From assembly GCA_029258915.1 (NCBI GenBank), contig JAPDJU010000005.1:265797-329796 (forward strand): a stretch of 64,000 nt of DNA, written 5' to 3'. The notes beneath the pieces were generated by a model. The model was not told the DNA's origin. It did no database searches and was given only the letters and a program-made list of their open reading frames with translations. Origin of the DNA: Thermoproteota archaeon (GTDB lineage: Archaea; Thermoproteota; Thermoprotei_A; EX4484-217-1). This document shows positions 9,896-20,895 of this stretch, piece by piece. Position 1 is the first letter of the stretch, and every line of letters starts with the position of its first letter. The position numbers were made by a program, and so were the translations under genes.

Positions 9896-10884
9896 CAATA
9901 TTTCCAACTAAAAAGGTAATTGAAGTTAAAGATTTGCACGTACACTTTTACACGTATGCTGGCGTGGTTAAAGCAATCTCCGGCGTATCCTTCGAAATTT
10001 ATGAGGGAGAAACTTTCTGCCTCGTTGGCGAAACCGGTTGCGGTAAAAGCGTAACTTCAAGAGCCCTAACCAGGCTGATAGAATCTCCAGGTAGAATAGT
10101 GAAAGGACGAATAATATTTTACAGAGACAGCGGCCCAGTAGATATCATGACTTTAAGCGAAGAAGAATTAAGGGAAATTAGGGGTAGGGAAATAGCATAC
10201 ATATTTCAAGATCCTACAGCAGCCTTAGATCCCCTTTATACTGTCGGTTATCAAATAGCTGAAACCATGGTTGCCCACAGAACTGCTGACTGGAGAGAAG
10301 CATTTAGAAAAGCAATAAACATACTTAAATCAGTGATAATGCCCGATCCTGAAAGGAGGGTTAAAAATTATCCTCATGAACTCTCAGGAGGCATGAGGCA
10401 AAGAGTAGTTATTGGTGTCTCACTTTCAAACAGACCTAAGCTTTTAATAGCTGATGAGCCTACAACAAACCTTGATGTAACAATTCAAGCACAAATACTT
10501 GATCTACTAAGAAAGCTAAAGAAAAATGAGCAAATGACACTTCTCCTTATAACCCACAATATGGGTGTTGTCGCTGAAATGTGTACTAGAGTAGCAGTAA
10601 TGTATGCAGGTAAAATTGTTGAATTAGGCCCTGTAATAGATGTGTTTAAGGATCCTAGGCACCCATACACTAGGGGTCTTCTTAGAGCAGTACCTAACCC
10701 CCTAGGGAAAGTGGAAAGACTAGAATCGATTCCTGGGACTGTTCCAAACTTAATTTATCCTCCGCCGGGTTGTAGATTCCATCCAAGATGCCCATATATG
10801 ATGGAAGTTTGTAAAAGTAAGGAACCGCCCATGGTTGATTTAGGTGAAGGCCGTAAAGTAGCTTGCTGGTTATATGTAAAATAG
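9892..10884 (+). CDS. ABC ATPase of the second set, DppD-like.
   Basis: GETGCGKS Walker A, LSGGMRQRV signature, ADEPTTNLD Walker B, and a C-terminal CRFHPRCP motif. Confidence 0.9.
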   Translation: MTIFPTKKVIEVKDLHVHFYTYAGVVKAISGVSFEIYEGETFCLVGETGCGKSVTSRALTRLIESPGRIVKGRIIFYRDSGPVDIMTLSEEELREIRGREIAYIFQDPTAALDPLYTVGYQIAETMVAHRTADWREAFRKAINILKSVIMPDPERRVKNYPHELSGGMRQRVVIGVSLSNRPKLLIADEPTTNLDVTIQAQILDLLRKLKKNEQMTLLLITHNMGVVAEMCTRVAVMYAGKIVELGPVIDVFKDPRHPYTRGLLRAVPNPLGKVERLESIPGTVPNLIYPPPGCRFHPRCPYMMEVCKSKEPPMVDLGEGRKVACWLYVK

Positions 10885-11865
10885 GTGGAACATATGAGTG
10901 AAACATTGATTAAAGTGGTAAATCTAAAGAAGTATTTTCCAATCAGAGGTATTTTCTTTACAAAAGCACGTGTCAAAGCTGTTGATGGCGTGACATTTGA
11001 TATTAGACGAGGAGAAACCTTAGGTTTAGTAGGTGAGTCTGGGTGTGGTAAAACAACCACAGGAAGACTTATCTTAAGGCTTTTAAAACCAACAGCAGGT
11101 CACGTATATTTTGAAGGTAAAGATGTTTTTAAATTAAAAGGAGAAGAACTTAAAAAATTTAGAAAAAGCGCCCAAATAATACTTCAAGACCCATATACTT
11201 CGCTTAATCCTCGAATGACAGTTTTTGAAATAATAAACGAAGCATTAGAAGTACATAAGATGAAAATCTCAGATAAGGAAGAATTTATAGTTAATTGGCT
11301 TAGAAAGGTAGGTTTAGAAAAACACCACCTATACAGGTATCCTCACGAATTTAGCGGGGGTCAGAGGCAAAGAATAGCTATTGTTAGAGCCTTGGTCATA
11401 AATCCAAAATTTGTAATTTTAGACGAACCTACATCTGCACTCGATGTCTCCGTTCAAGCACAAATATTGAACATGCTAAAAGATTTCCAAAGAGAAATGA
11501 GCTTAACATACCTATTTATATCGCATGATTTAGGTATTGTAAAATATATGAGTACGAGAATTGCGGTAATGTATTTAGGTAAAATAGTTGAACTAGCACC
11601 AGCCGACGAACTATTTGAAAAACCACAGCACCCATACTCCCAAATGTTACTGGCATCTATACCTATACCGGATCCAGAATACGCTTTGAAGAAACCTAAA
11701 GTAAGAGTTTATGGGGAGCCTCCAAGCCCTATAAATCCACCGCCAGGCTGTAGATTCCATCCAAGATGCGAACATGTCATGGAGATATGTAGTAAGGAGG
11801 AACCACCATTCATTGAAGTTGAAAGAGACCACTATGTTGCATGCTGGCTTTACGCTAAACGTTAG
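10885..11865 (+). CDS. ABC ATPase of the second set, DppF-like.
   Basis: GESGCGKTT Walker A, FSGGQRQRI signature, LDEPTSALD Walker B, and a C-terminal CRFHPRC motif. Confidence 0.9.
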   Translation: MEHMSETLIKVVNLKKYFPIRGIFFTKARVKAVDGVTFDIRRGETLGLVGESGCGKTTTGRLILRLLKPTAGHVYFEGKDVFKLKGEELKKFRKSAQIILQDPYTSLNPRMTVFEIINEALEVHKMKISDKEEFIVNWLRKVGLEKHHLYRYPHEFSGGQRQRIAIVRALVINPKFVILDEPTSALDVSVQAQILNMLKDFQREMSLTYLFISHDLGIVKYMSTRIAVMYLGKIVELAPADELFEKPQHPYSQMLLASIPIPDPEYALKKPKVRVYGEPPSPINPPPGCRFHPRCEHVMEICSKEEPPFIEVERDHYVACWLYAKR

Positions 11866-12548
11866 ATTTTCCTTAGAATACCTTCAATATAGTTTTTCAG
11901 ATCATCGCTTGAATTAATAAACCTTGTATAAATTACGTTTTCCTTTGGTGTGCTCTCTGTTCCGTCATAAAAAACTATTCTTTCCTTTTTCGGTATCACA
12001 TAAAATGGGCAATAAATTATTGATCCAGCGTCTTTAAATAATTTTATCTGTTCTCTAGAAGTTTTCTCATTTATTCCGAATCCTTCATTTAAAAGAGCCT
12101 TAACCATGAATATTCCTTGCTTATCGAACTTTTGAGGTCTAAGTATCTTTAAGATCCATTTAGCTCCTTCATCTACAGGGTAGGCCATATACTTACTCCA
12201 TAAATGTAGCTTTTTAGCATAATCGGATATCTTTCTGGTAAGCCTTTTAGATTCGAAATGAAGAATCTTAGCATAATTAAGTAGTTCACCTAAAATTGTT
12301 TCGGCATCCGTTTTTAATGGTTCTTGAATATACCCTCTAACAAAAGATTTTGGTATGTCAGTTAGAAGTTTAATGCTGAGTTTTCTTGACAATAAAATTT
12401 TAAAGTAACCACATGATGTTTTTTCAGATAATCCTACATCAACGAGCATATCATATTTTCGCCAACCTATACCATACGATAGTCTAATGTAAGGCTCCCA
12501 GAATAAAAGACCTTTAACATTCCTAGTTCTTAACTTTAGTGTTAGCAT
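11862..12548 (-). CDS. Hypothetical protein of 228 aa.
   Basis: Long ORF on the minus strand with no motif I can assign. Convergent with the ABC operon. Confidence 0.45.
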   Translation of the reverse strand: MLTLKLRTRNVKGLLFWEPYIRLSYGIGWRKYDMLVDVGLSEKTSCGYFKILLSRKLSIKLLTDIPKSFVRGYIQEPLKTDAETILGELLNYAKILHFESKRLTRKISDYAKKLHLWSKYMAYPVDEGAKWILKILRPQKFDKQGIFMVKALLNEGFGINEKTSREQIKLFKDAGSIIYCPFYVIPKKERIVFYDGTESTPKENVIYTRFINSSDDLKNYIEGILRKI

Positions 12549-12703
12549 TCCCTAACCTCTAACTCCCATATGTCGTCACTTGAGTATTTAAAGCTGTTTT
12601 AATAGATCATATTTCGTCCACTGCTGAATTTCTGCCATACCGGAAAGACTTTTAAGATTTTATGTTAAAAAAGGATTAGTGCATTAATAAACGGTGTTAA
12701 GCT

Positions 12704-13768
12704 ATGAAGTCTATAAAAGATGTAGGCATTGTCAGTTGGGGGGTTTATTTTCCTAAATACAGAATCAAATGTTCTGATATAGGCAAGGTCTGGGGTTTTC
12801 CTCCCCAATACTCTGATGGACTTCGTGTTTATGAGAAAACTGTAGCAAATATTGATGAAGACACTATTACAATGGGCTGGGAGGCTGCAAGATATGCTGT
12901 AGCTAGAGCAAAAATAGATCCTAAAGAAATAGAAGCCATATATGTAGGTACAGAATCTAAACCTTATGCTGTTAAACCCTCTATAACGATCATTGCTGAG
13001 GCATTAGGTATAACACCTAAAACTTTAGGAGCAGATTTAGAGTTTGCTTGTCGGGCTGCAAGCGAAGCCATGGAAGCATCAATAGGATTAATATCCTCAG
13101 GTATGATAAAATACTCTTTAGTTATAGGTTCCGATACTGCACAGGCTTCTCCAGGTGATGTGCTAGAATTTACAGCTTCAAGTGGTGCAGCAGCTTTTAT
13201 ACTGGGCTTGAGAAGCGAAAATATTGTAGCATATTTTGAGGGTTCATATAGCTATATTACGGATACACCTGACTTCTGGAGAAGATCTTTAGCACAATAC
13301 CCTATGCATGGTGAGCAGTTTACAGGAGACCCTGCATACTTTGCTCATATCATTTCAGCAGTGAAAGGGCTTATGGAAGAGCTTGGTTTTAAGCCTTCGG
13401 ATTTTGACTATGTTGTCTTCCATCAACCTAACGGTAGATTTCCTTTAAAAGCCGCCGCCAGGCTAGGTTTCTCAAAAGAAAAGGTTTTACCGGGATTAAT
13501 AACGCCAATGATAGGTAATACATATAATGGATCAGCACTAATAGGTCTGGCTGCAGTATTAGAAGTAGCAAACCCTGGTCAAAGAATTCTTTTAGTTCCT
13601 TTTGGAAGTGGCGCTGGTAGTGATGCTTACAGTATCATTGTGGAGGAAGGTGTCAAGGAAAAAATACACTTAGCACCTACAGTTAAAGAACTACTTGAAG
13701 ATAAGGAATACGTAGATTACACATGTTATTCTAAATATAGAGGTTTAACCTCTAAGTTCAATTTCTAA
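12704..13768 (+). CDS. Archaeal-type hydroxymethylglutaryl-CoA synthase.
   Basis: The N-terminus (VGIVSWGVYFPKYRI) and a thiolase-fold active-site Cys region (EFACRAASEA) are typical of archaeal HMGCS. A TATA-like ttaataaa lies just upstream. The gene is followed by a thiolase gene and a DUF35 gene. Confidence 0.9.
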   Translation: MKSIKDVGIVSWGVYFPKYRIKCSDIGKVWGFPPQYSDGLRVYEKTVANIDEDTITMGWEAARYAVARAKIDPKEIEAIYVGTESKPYAVKPSITIIAEALGITPKTLGADLEFACRAASEAMEASIGLISSGMIKYSLVIGSDTAQASPGDVLEFTASSGAAAFILGLRSENIVAYFEGSYSYITDTPDFWRRSLAQYPMHGEQFTGDPAYFAHIISAVKGLMEELGFKPSDFDYVVFHQPNGRFPLKAAARLGFSKEKVLPGLITPMIGNTYNGSALIGLAAVLEVANPGQRILLVPFGSGAGSDAYSIIVEEGVKEKIHLAPTVKELLEDKEYVDYTCYSKYRGLTSKFNF

Positions 13769-13782
13769 GAGGGCTATTAGCT

Positions 13783-14931
13783 ATGAGTAAAATATACATT
13801 GTAGGTGTAGGTCTAACAAAGATTGGAAGATTTTTTGACAAAGGTTTAAGAGAACTTTTTGCTGAAGCTGCTTCTAAAGCATTAGAAGAAATAGGTAATG
13901 AAAACGTTCAAGCCCTTATCGTAGGAAACATGATGAGCAGTTCGCTTAGTGAGCAAGACAATTTAGGTGCTCTATTAGCCGACCATGCTGGATTAGGAAA
14001 AATACCTGCGTTTAAAGTTGAAGCAGCATGTGGTAGTGGAGGAGCTGCAGTTTACACCGGTTACTCACTAATTGCTTCAGGGCTTTTTGATGTTGTTATG
14101 GTTGGAGGCGTTGAAAAGCAAACAGAGTATCCTACAAGAATAGTTTCTAAAGCGTTAGCGCAAGCAGCCGATGCTGAATATGAGCTATTTTATGGGATAA
14201 GTTTCACAGGATTAAACGCCTTAATTATGAGACTATACATGGATACGTATAATGTTTCAAGAGACGAAATGTCAGTATGGCCTGTTTTAATGCATAAAAA
14301 TGCTTCCAAGAATCCTTACGCGCAGCTTAGATTTGAAGTAACTAAAGACCAGGTAGCTAAATCAATTGTTATAGCTGACCCTATTAGGCTTCTAGATTCA
14401 AGCCCTATAGGCGACGGAGCTGCAGCGCTGATTTTGGCTTCAGAAAAAGTAGCTAGAAAGTTATCAGATACTCCCATAGAGGTAGCCGGAATAGGTATGG
14501 CAACAGACCACATATATGTAGCATATAGGGAAAACCTACTATCTCTTGAAGCAACAGTTTTATCAGCAAAAGGTGCCTATAGGATGGCCAAAATTGAACC
14601 TAAAGACATAGATGTAGCTGAAGTGCATGATGCATTTACTGTACTTGGCTTCATAAACATGGAAGATTTAGGCTTTTCTGAAAGAGGTAAAACACCAAAA
14701 CTCATGGATGAAGGAAGGTTTTGGCCTGGGGATAAACCAACAGTAAACCCAAGCGGAGGGCTTAAGGCTAGGGGGCATCCAGTTGGAGCTACTGGGGTTT
14801 ACCAAGTTGCTGAAGTAGCTATGCAGCTTAGAGGAGATTTTCCAGGCATTAAAGTTGAAGGTGATGTTGGTTTAGCGCAGAGCATAGGAGGCTTAGGAAC
14901 AACAGTTACTACATTAGTTCTTAAGAGGTGA
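13783..14931 (+). CDS. Acetoacetyl-CoA thiolase (acetyl-CoA C-acetyltransferase).
   Basis: Thiolase fold with the catalytic Cys region (EAACGSGGAAV). Located between the HMGCS and DUF35 genes. Confidence 0.9.
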   Translation: MSKIYIVGVGLTKIGRFFDKGLRELFAEAASKALEEIGNENVQALIVGNMMSSSLSEQDNLGALLADHAGLGKIPAFKVEAACGSGGAAVYTGYSLIASGLFDVVMVGGVEKQTEYPTRIVSKALAQAADAEYELFYGISFTGLNALIMRLYMDTYNVSRDEMSVWPVLMHKNASKNPYAQLRFEVTKDQVAKSIVIADPIRLLDSSPIGDGAAALILASEKVARKLSDTPIEVAGIGMATDHIYVAYRENLLSLEATVLSAKGAYRMAKIEPKDIDVAEVHDAFTVLGFINMEDLGFSERGKTPKLMDEGRFWPGDKPTVNPSGGLKARGHPVGATGVYQVAEVAMQLRGDFPGIKVEGDVGLAQSIGGLGTTVTTLVLKR

Positions 14932-14943
14932 TGAAATATTTCT

Positions 14944-15402
14944 ATGAAAATTTCTGTTCCAAGGGTTTGGAGGGAACTCAAATCACATTACCTTCTTGAA
15001 GCATCAGTATGTACGAAATGCGGAAAAATACACTATCCTCCAAGAACGATATGTGATAATTGTAAAAACCATAAACTAATAAGGAGAAAACTTAGCGGTG
15101 AAGGAGAAGTACTAACATACACCGTTCAATATGTAGTTCTTGAAGGCTATAGAGAACACGCACCGATAATATTTGCTATAGTTAAGCTTAAAGAAGGAGT
15201 AAATGTTCTAGCTCCGCTAACCGATGTCAAACCTGAAAATGTTAGGGTAGGTTTGAAAGTTACGGCTGTTTTAAGAAAAATAACAGAAGATGGAGATTTA
15301 GGCCTTATAAAGTATGGTATTAAATTTAAACCCATGAAAGAATTTAGGAATGAGGGAAACGTGGCTTATGAAAGCGAAAAAAGAACTAGAAAAAATAGTT
15401 AA
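14944..15402 (+). CDS. DUF35 OB-fold/zinc-ribbon protein, the scaffold subunit of the archaeal thiolase-HMGCS complex.
   Basis: A CxxC...CxxC zinc ribbon ([20 protein letters not shown]) followed by an OB-fold-like region. Confidence 0.8.
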   Translation: MKISVPRVWRELKSHYLLEASVCTKCGKIHYPPRTICDNCKNHKLIRRKLSGEGEVLTYTVQYVVLEGYREHAPIIFAIVKLKEGVNVLAPLTDVKPENVRVGLKVTAVLRKITEDGDLGLIKYGIKFKPMKEFRNEGNVAYESEKRTRKNS

Positions 15403-16624
15403 TAAGGTGTTGAAAGGGGAAATAAAGCTCCATGAGCTTGACGAAATTCTCGGGAATAGTAACATAGCAGTTCTAGTTAGAAGATTATCGATAGAAAAAA
15501 TGCTTAACATACAACTGCCAAACATAGGATTTACAACGATAGATTGGAATGAGGTTGTTGGAAGAAACATAGAGAACCCTATAGGGGCAGTTCAAATACC
15601 TGTAGGAATAGCAGGACCCCTTAAAATACATGGTAATTATGCTAAAGGAGAGTTTTACATACCATTGGCAACATCCGAGGGAGCACTTGTAGCTAGTGTT
15701 AATAGAGGATGTAAAGCCATAACATTAAGCGGTGGCGCTAAAGTTAAAATATTAAGCGACACCATGAGCAGAGCACCAATATTTAAAACACCAAGTATAG
15801 ATGAAGCCCTCAAGCTTGTAAAATGGGTTAGAGAACATTTTAACGAAGTTAAAGTTGAAGCCGAATCTACAACAAGATATGGTAAGCTTTTACGAATAGA
15901 TTCGTTTATCATAGGAAATAACGTGTGGTTAAGATTCATTTACAGCACAGGAGATGCAATGGGCATGAACATGGTTACTATAGCTACAGATAAAGCCTGC
16001 AAGTACATAGAGGAAAAACTAGGTTTCAAATGTGTTTCTTTAAGTGGAAATTTGTGCGTGGATAAAAAACCATCACTTATGAACATGCTTTTCGGCAGAG
16101 GAAAAACGGTTGTTGCTGAAGCAGTGATTAAGGAAAATGTAGTTAAAGAAGTTCTTAAAACTTCACCTGAAGACCTTGTTGATGTAAATCTAAGAAAGAA
16201 CCTTTTAGGATCAGCTAGAGCCGGCAGTTTAAGCTTTAATGCGCATTATGCTAATATTGTAGCAGCTATATTCGTAGCTACAGGTCAAGACGTAGCACAA
16301 GTTGTTGAAAGTAGTATGGGATATACGTGGGCAGAAATAGTGAATAACAATGATCTTTATATTTCAGTAACTCTTCCAAGCTTAGAAGTAGGAACCGTAG
16401 GTGGAGGAACAAGGCTACCTACTCAAAGAGAAACATTGCAAATACTAGGAGTATATGGACCAGGAAATCCTCCAGGAGCAAATGCTAAAAAATTCGCTGA
16501 AATAGTCGCAGCGGTTATTTTAGCTGGCGAGCTCAGCTTACTAGCTGCCTTATCTGCAGGGCATTTAGCGGAAGCACATCGAAGATTGGGAAGAGGCTTG
16601 TCTAAGAAGTCTAAAAAACAATAA
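15368..16624 (+). CDS. hmgA: Class I HMG-CoA reductase.
   Basis: Conserved EGALVAS, DAMGMNM and GTVGGGT motifs. The track ORF begins at 15350; ATG 15368 is the likely start. It overlaps the DUF35 3' end by about 35-50 nt in another frame. Confidence 0.9.
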   Translation: MKAKKELEKIVNKVLKGEIKLHELDEILGNSNIAVLVRRLSIEKMLNIQLPNIGFTTIDWNEVVGRNIENPIGAVQIPVGIAGPLKIHGNYAKGEFYIPLATSEGALVASVNRGCKAITLSGGAKVKILSDTMSRAPIFKTPSIDEALKLVKWVREHFNEVKVEAESTTRYGKLLRIDSFIIGNNVWLRFIYSTGDAMGMNMVTIATDKACKYIEEKLGFKCVSLSGNLCVDKKPSLMNMLFGRGKTVVAEAVIKENVVKEVLKTSPEDLVDVNLRKNLLGSARAGSLSFNAHYANIVAAIFVATGQDVAQVVESSMGYTWAEIVNNNDLYISVTLPSLEVGTVGGGTRLPTQRETLQILGVYGPGNPPGANAKKFAEIVAAVILAGELSLLAALSAGHLAEAHRRLGRGLSKKSKKQ

Positions 16625-17390
16625 CAATCAGTTTTTCTTGCAGCTTCTTTAACACTCCTATGTTTACATGGTTAACATCTATTTCCACAAACGCTTTCTT
16701 AAAATTAAGTGTTTTAAAAAATTCTAAGACTGTCTCATTAAAGGTAGCATTGCTTAGACAGGAAACATTCCATACCTTAGCAGACTTTGCATCCTTTAAC
16801 TGCTTAAAACTTATGTTTATTTCTACTTTTTCTATGTTTTCTCTAGTATACTTAATCTCTAAGGCACTTCTTCCTATCCTACTAAATGGTATGTTTAAGG
16901 AATTAAGTACATTTGTCAATATATCACATAGGCAATGGTCGAATCTAACTATAGCGTTTGTTGTTAAAGATTTTAGAATATTTGTAATTTTAGAAACGAT
17001 AGGTGCAGCTAGAATTTCAGTTACAGCATATTCGCTTGGTAAGATAGTAACACAGTCAATAGGTACGGAAACATATGTTCTAGCTAAACCACTAATGTCA
17101 TAAGTGAAAAGTTTGTCGTTACATGTAGGGCCGAGAAGCACATACTTACCCACAACATTGCTTGAGATATTAAATCCTTTATCGACTATTACTCCTAAAC
17201 CTATACTTGAAAGTATGAATGGCTTAGGTAATTTGGGCTTTATCCTTCCTAATACGATATAGAAATCAAGAGGTGTAAGTAAGGTTCTCCTCACTCTAAC
17301 AAGAATATTTGATGGGTAAAGTATCTCAATAAAGTGTTCTTCAATAGCTAGATCTCTATCACCATGGGTTATAAGGGACACTGCTACCAT
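16611..17390 (-). CDS. Hypothetical protein of 259 aa.
   Basis: Long minus-strand ORF convergent with hmgA (3' overlap of 14 nt). No assignable motif. Confidence 0.4.
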   Translation of the reverse strand: MVAVSLITHGDRDLAIEEHFIEILYPSNILVRVRRTLLTPLDFYIVLGRIKPKLPKPFILSSIGLGVIVDKGFNISSNVVGKYVLLGPTCNDKLFTYDISGLARTYVSVPIDCVTILPSEYAVTEILAAPIVSKITNILKSLTTNAIVRFDHCLCDILTNVLNSLNIPFSRIGRSALEIKYTRENIEKVEINISFKQLKDAKSAKVWNVSCLSNATFNETVLEFFKTLNFKKAFVEIDVNHVNIGVLKKLQEKLIVIVF

Positions 17391-17468
17391 AATTTTTATG
17401 CCCTAATAATGTTAGATGTCTTTAAGCTTTAATAGCAGTTATCCCTAATTTTCCACACGGTTAGCCTC

Positions 17469-18284
17469 ATGAATATTGGAAAACTGTTTGAAAATGTTGA
17501 GAAACCGATCATAGGTGTGGTACATTTAAAACCTCTTCCAGGAAGCCCGCTGTATAAAGGGGATTTTGAAGAAGTGTATGAAGCTGCTTTAAGAGATGCT
17601 GACGCGCTTTACTCAGGCGATGTTGATGGAATTATTATTGAAAATTATGGTGATAAACCCTATGTTATCTATGTTAAAAACCCATTAACCCTAACGGCAA
17701 TGTCAATAATAGCATATGAGGTAAGAAGAAAATATAATGACATTTACTTAGGGATAAACGTACTTAGGAATTCAGGTGTTGAAGCATTAGCTATAGCTTA
17801 TAATGTAAAAGCAAATTTCATTAGAGTTAATAATTTATGTCAAATGTTGGTATCTCCTGAGGGACTGTTGTATCCTATTGCAGAAAAAATAATACGTTTA
17901 AGAGAATACCTCAAAGCATCAATAAAGATCCTAGCAGATATCAATGTAAAACATGCTTCACCCCTAGATGCTAGAAGTATTGAATATGTAGCTAAAGATT
18001 GCGTTGAAAGATGCTTAGCTGATGCATTAATAATAACGGGTTCTAGAACAGGTGAAGAAGCAAGTATTAACGATCTAGTTAAAGTAAAGAAAGCAGTATC
18101 GGAACCTGTTCTGGTAGGTAGCGGGATAACTTTACATAACATAAGCAAGTACTGGAAATTTGCTGATGGATTTATTGTAGGAACCTATTTTAAGCTCCAT
18201 GAAAAAACAGAAAACCCCGTAGATTACAGTAAAGTAGTAAAACTTATGAAATACGTCAAGTCTTTAAGAGAGGTATCAAACTAA
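17469..18284 (+). CDS. BtpA/SgcQ-family TIM-barrel protein.
   Basis: MNIGKLFE..IIGVVHLKPLPGSP..GVDGIIIENYGD..VLVGSGIT matches the BtpA (PF03437) pattern. Confidence 0.65.
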   Translation: MNIGKLFENVEKPIIGVVHLKPLPGSPLYKGDFEEVYEAALRDADALYSGDVDGIIIENYGDKPYVIYVKNPLTLTAMSIIAYEVRRKYNDIYLGINVLRNSGVEALAIAYNVKANFIRVNNLCQMLVSPEGLLYPIAEKIIRLREYLKASIKILADINVKHASPLDARSIEYVAKDCVERCLADALIITGSRTGEEASINDLVKVKKAVSEPVLVGSGITLHNISKYWKFADGFIVGTYFKLHEKTENPVDYSKVVKLMKYVKSLREVSN

Positions 18285-18919
18285 TGTATAGCTTAATAGT
18301 TCTTGCCGGAGGATTTTCTAAACGTCTAAGTAATGTATTTAAACCTCTAGTAAGATTAAAGAATAAACCTTTAATTGAAATATTACTTAGTAACTTAAAC
18401 GAATTGTTTAAAGAAATAATTATTGTAGTAAAATATTATGAGCAGAAAAAAGCTATTGAAAAAACATTGCATCATAGGATCAGCATTACTTATGTTCTAG
18501 ATGATGGGCTATTTGAAGATGGGCCATTGGTTGCAATGTATTCTGGAGCGAAAAAAGCACATTATCATAAACTGTTTATTACAGCATCTGATTATCCTTT
18601 TCTCTCAACATATATAGTCAAGAAGTTGCTAGAAAAACTTAATGACTATGAGGCAGTTGTCCCCATATGGCCTAATGGATACATAGAACCTTTAGCTGCC
18701 TCATATAAGAAAATGCCTTTAATAAAATATTCTTATGAAGCTCTTATGAAAGGTGAAAGAAGGGCAAGAGCACCACTAAACTATATGAAAACATACTATG
18801 TTAATGTTTACGAGTTAACATACACTCCGGAGATAGTTTTTCATAACATAAACACGGAGAAAGATTTAATGTTAGCTGAGAAAATTATAGAAAAATTTTT
18901 CAGTCGGGAGTTCGTCTAA
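18284..18919 (+). CDS. MobA-like nucleotidyltransferase (GT-A fold), the type that transfers a nucleotide to molybdopterin or to CofC-like substrates.
   Basis: N-terminal LAGGFSKRL..KPL motif. Its start overlaps the BtpA stop by 1 nt (TAATG). Confidence 0.65.
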   Translation: MYSLIVLAGGFSKRLSNVFKPLVRLKNKPLIEILLSNLNELFKEIIIVVKYYEQKKAIEKTLHHRISITYVLDDGLFEDGPLVAMYSGAKKAHYHKLFITASDYPFLSTYIVKKLLEKLNDYEAVVPIWPNGYIEPLAASYKKMPLIKYSYEALMKGERRARAPLNYMKTYYVNVYELTYTPEIVFHNINTEKDLMLAEKIIEKFFSREFV

Positions 18920-19004
18920 TCATCCTTCATAAAGCGGCAGAGCTTCATCATCTAATTAGAACTTAGTTTTCAATAAATTTTAAATTTGACTCCCATACTT
19001 AGAT

Positions 19005-20219
19005 GTGGAATGGATGTTAATGGGTGGTTCTATGAGGTTCTATACTGCTAATGAGGACGAAATAGTTGAAGGCAAAGCTACTGACGTTTACTTCTTAAGA
19101 ACAGAGAAGATTTTGAGAGAGAAAGGATTAGCAAACATTAAAGTTAAAATGGAATTTCATTCTCATAACCTACCTAAAGGATACAAGTGGGCTATTTTCT
19201 CAGGTCTTGAAGAAGTATTAAGAGTTCTAGAAGGAAAACCTGTGAATGTTTGGGCTTTACCTGAAGGAACAGTATTTAAGTCTCAAGAACCGTTAATGAT
19301 TATTGAAGGAAAATATGCAGATATAGCTACGCTTGAAACGCCGCTGCTAGGGATTCTTAGACATTATGGTAGCATATCAACTGCTGCAGCTAGAATTAAA
19401 AGAATAGTTGGAGACAAAACAGTTCTATTCTTTGGTTTAAGAGCATTACACCCAGTACTGCAACCAATGGCTGATAGAGCGGCATACATTGGAGGCTTGG
19501 ATGGGGTCTCTGGAGTTCTTAGCGAAAAATATTTAGGGTTAAAACCTATGGGAACTATGCCTCATGCTTTAATAATAGTTTTCGGTAAACATGAAGAAGC
19601 ATGGAAAGCATTCGACGAAGTAATGCCCGAGGATGTTCCGAGAATAGCTTTAGTAGATACCTTTTATGATGAGAGAGAAGAGTCTTTAATGGCAGCTAGG
19701 CTTCTCAAAGAGAAGCTTTACGGTGTAAGATTAGATACTCCAAGCAGTAGAAGAGGCAGTATGTTAGAAATCGCTAGAGAAGTCCGTTGGACCCTTGACA
19801 TTCATGGATTTAAGCATGTTAAAATATTCATAAGCGGTGGTATAAATGAGGAAAACATTAAAGTGCTTAAAGAAGTAGCTGATGGGTTTGGTGTAGGAAC
19901 TTCAATTGCTTTCCCTAAGTCCATAGACATAAGTGCTGATGTTGTTGAAGTATTTAGAAACGATAAATGGGAGTTTATTGCTAAAAGAGGTAAGCTTCCG
20001 GGAGCAAAACAACTACATGTATGTCCAAATCATATTGATGAGCGTAAAATATCCTTATTAAGTGAGGAGAAAGAGTTCACATGTTCTAAATGCGGTTCTA
20101 CACTTAAACCGGTAATGGTGAAGTATATAGACCAAGGCAAACTTGTTAGAAAACTGCCTAAGCTAAGTGATATTAGAAAATATGTTTTAAATCAAATCTT
20201 TAAATTACCTGAACCCTAA
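19005..20219 (+). CDS. Archaeal-type nicotinate phosphoribosyltransferase with a C-terminal zinc ribbon.
   Basis: The NAPRTase fold (..[31 protein letters not shown]..) plus a C-terminal CPNH...CSKCGS ribbon. Confidence 0.85.
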   Translation: MEWMLMGGSMRFYTANEDEIVEGKATDVYFLRTEKILREKGLANIKVKMEFHSHNLPKGYKWAIFSGLEEVLRVLEGKPVNVWALPEGTVFKSQEPLMIIEGKYADIATLETPLLGILRHYGSISTAAARIKRIVGDKTVLFFGLRALHPVLQPMADRAAYIGGLDGVSGVLSEKYLGLKPMGTMPHALIIVFGKHEEAWKAFDEVMPEDVPRIALVDTFYDEREESLMAARLLKEKLYGVRLDTPSSRRGSMLEIAREVRWTLDIHGFKHVKIFISGGINEENIKVLKEVADGFGVGTSIAFPKSIDISADVVEVFRNDKWEFIAKRGKLPGAKQLHVCPNHIDERKISLLSEEKEFTCSKCGSTLKPVMVKYIDQGKLVRKLPKLSDIRKYVLNQIFKLPEP

Positions 20220-20866
20220 ACTTCTTCTTCAATTTCTTTCTCTAATGGCTTTACTAGGCAAAGGTATTTTCTCCTATACCTTCCCGGTTTTGCCAATATT
20301 TCTATACCATCATAGTCTGCATTGTAAAGTCTTAAAGCATATTTTGTCGGATCCATATTATACTCTGAAATTAATTTCCTCATAGCATTTATCAGTATCT
20401 GTATAGCATTTTTTAATTTAGTAGTCTTAGACCTTAATTCATCAATGTGTTCTTCATAAAACCTGTAGATTTTTCTTACACCAATAATGTTCATTAGTGT
20501 TGAAGTATATACTATTACAAGACCGACTAAAAGTATTAGCCAGGGGAGAATACCGTATCCGGGCAAGTAGACGAGAACAGCACTTACAAATAGTATAGGA
20601 ACACCTGCATAAACTAAATACTTTGACATGCTTAGTCTCTTATACCACTTAAACATTCTTCCATTCTTCAGAGGAAAGCGAAGAATAATTTCTAGTATTC
20701 TTCTTACAGACTTCCATTTTAATGGAATATCGAACGATAATTCGTAAAATGCACTTTCAATAGGCTTTATAGACTTAACCTTACCTACACGGTAAGAATC
20801 TAGTGACTCTATTATGAATATGATGTTTTTGAGGTCACGTTTAACTACTTTATCTGCTTTAACCAT
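20216..20866 (-). CDS. Hypothetical membrane protein with two transmembrane segments.
   Basis: Central hydrophobic hairpin ([36 protein letters not shown]). No family assignable. Confidence 0.45.
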   Translation of the reverse strand: MVKADKVVKRDLKNIIFIIESLDSYRVGKVKSIKPIESAFYELSFDIPLKWKSVRRILEIILRFPLKNGRMFKWYKRLSMSKYLVYAGVPILFVSAVLVYLPGYGILPWLILLVGLVIVYTSTLMNIIGVRKIYRFYEEHIDELRSKTTKLKNAIQILINAMRKLISEYNMDPTKYALRLYNADYDGIEILAKPGRYRRKYLCLVKPLEKEIEEEV

Positions 20867-20895
20867 ATAGGCTCACCTATGTTAAGAATAGGTAT

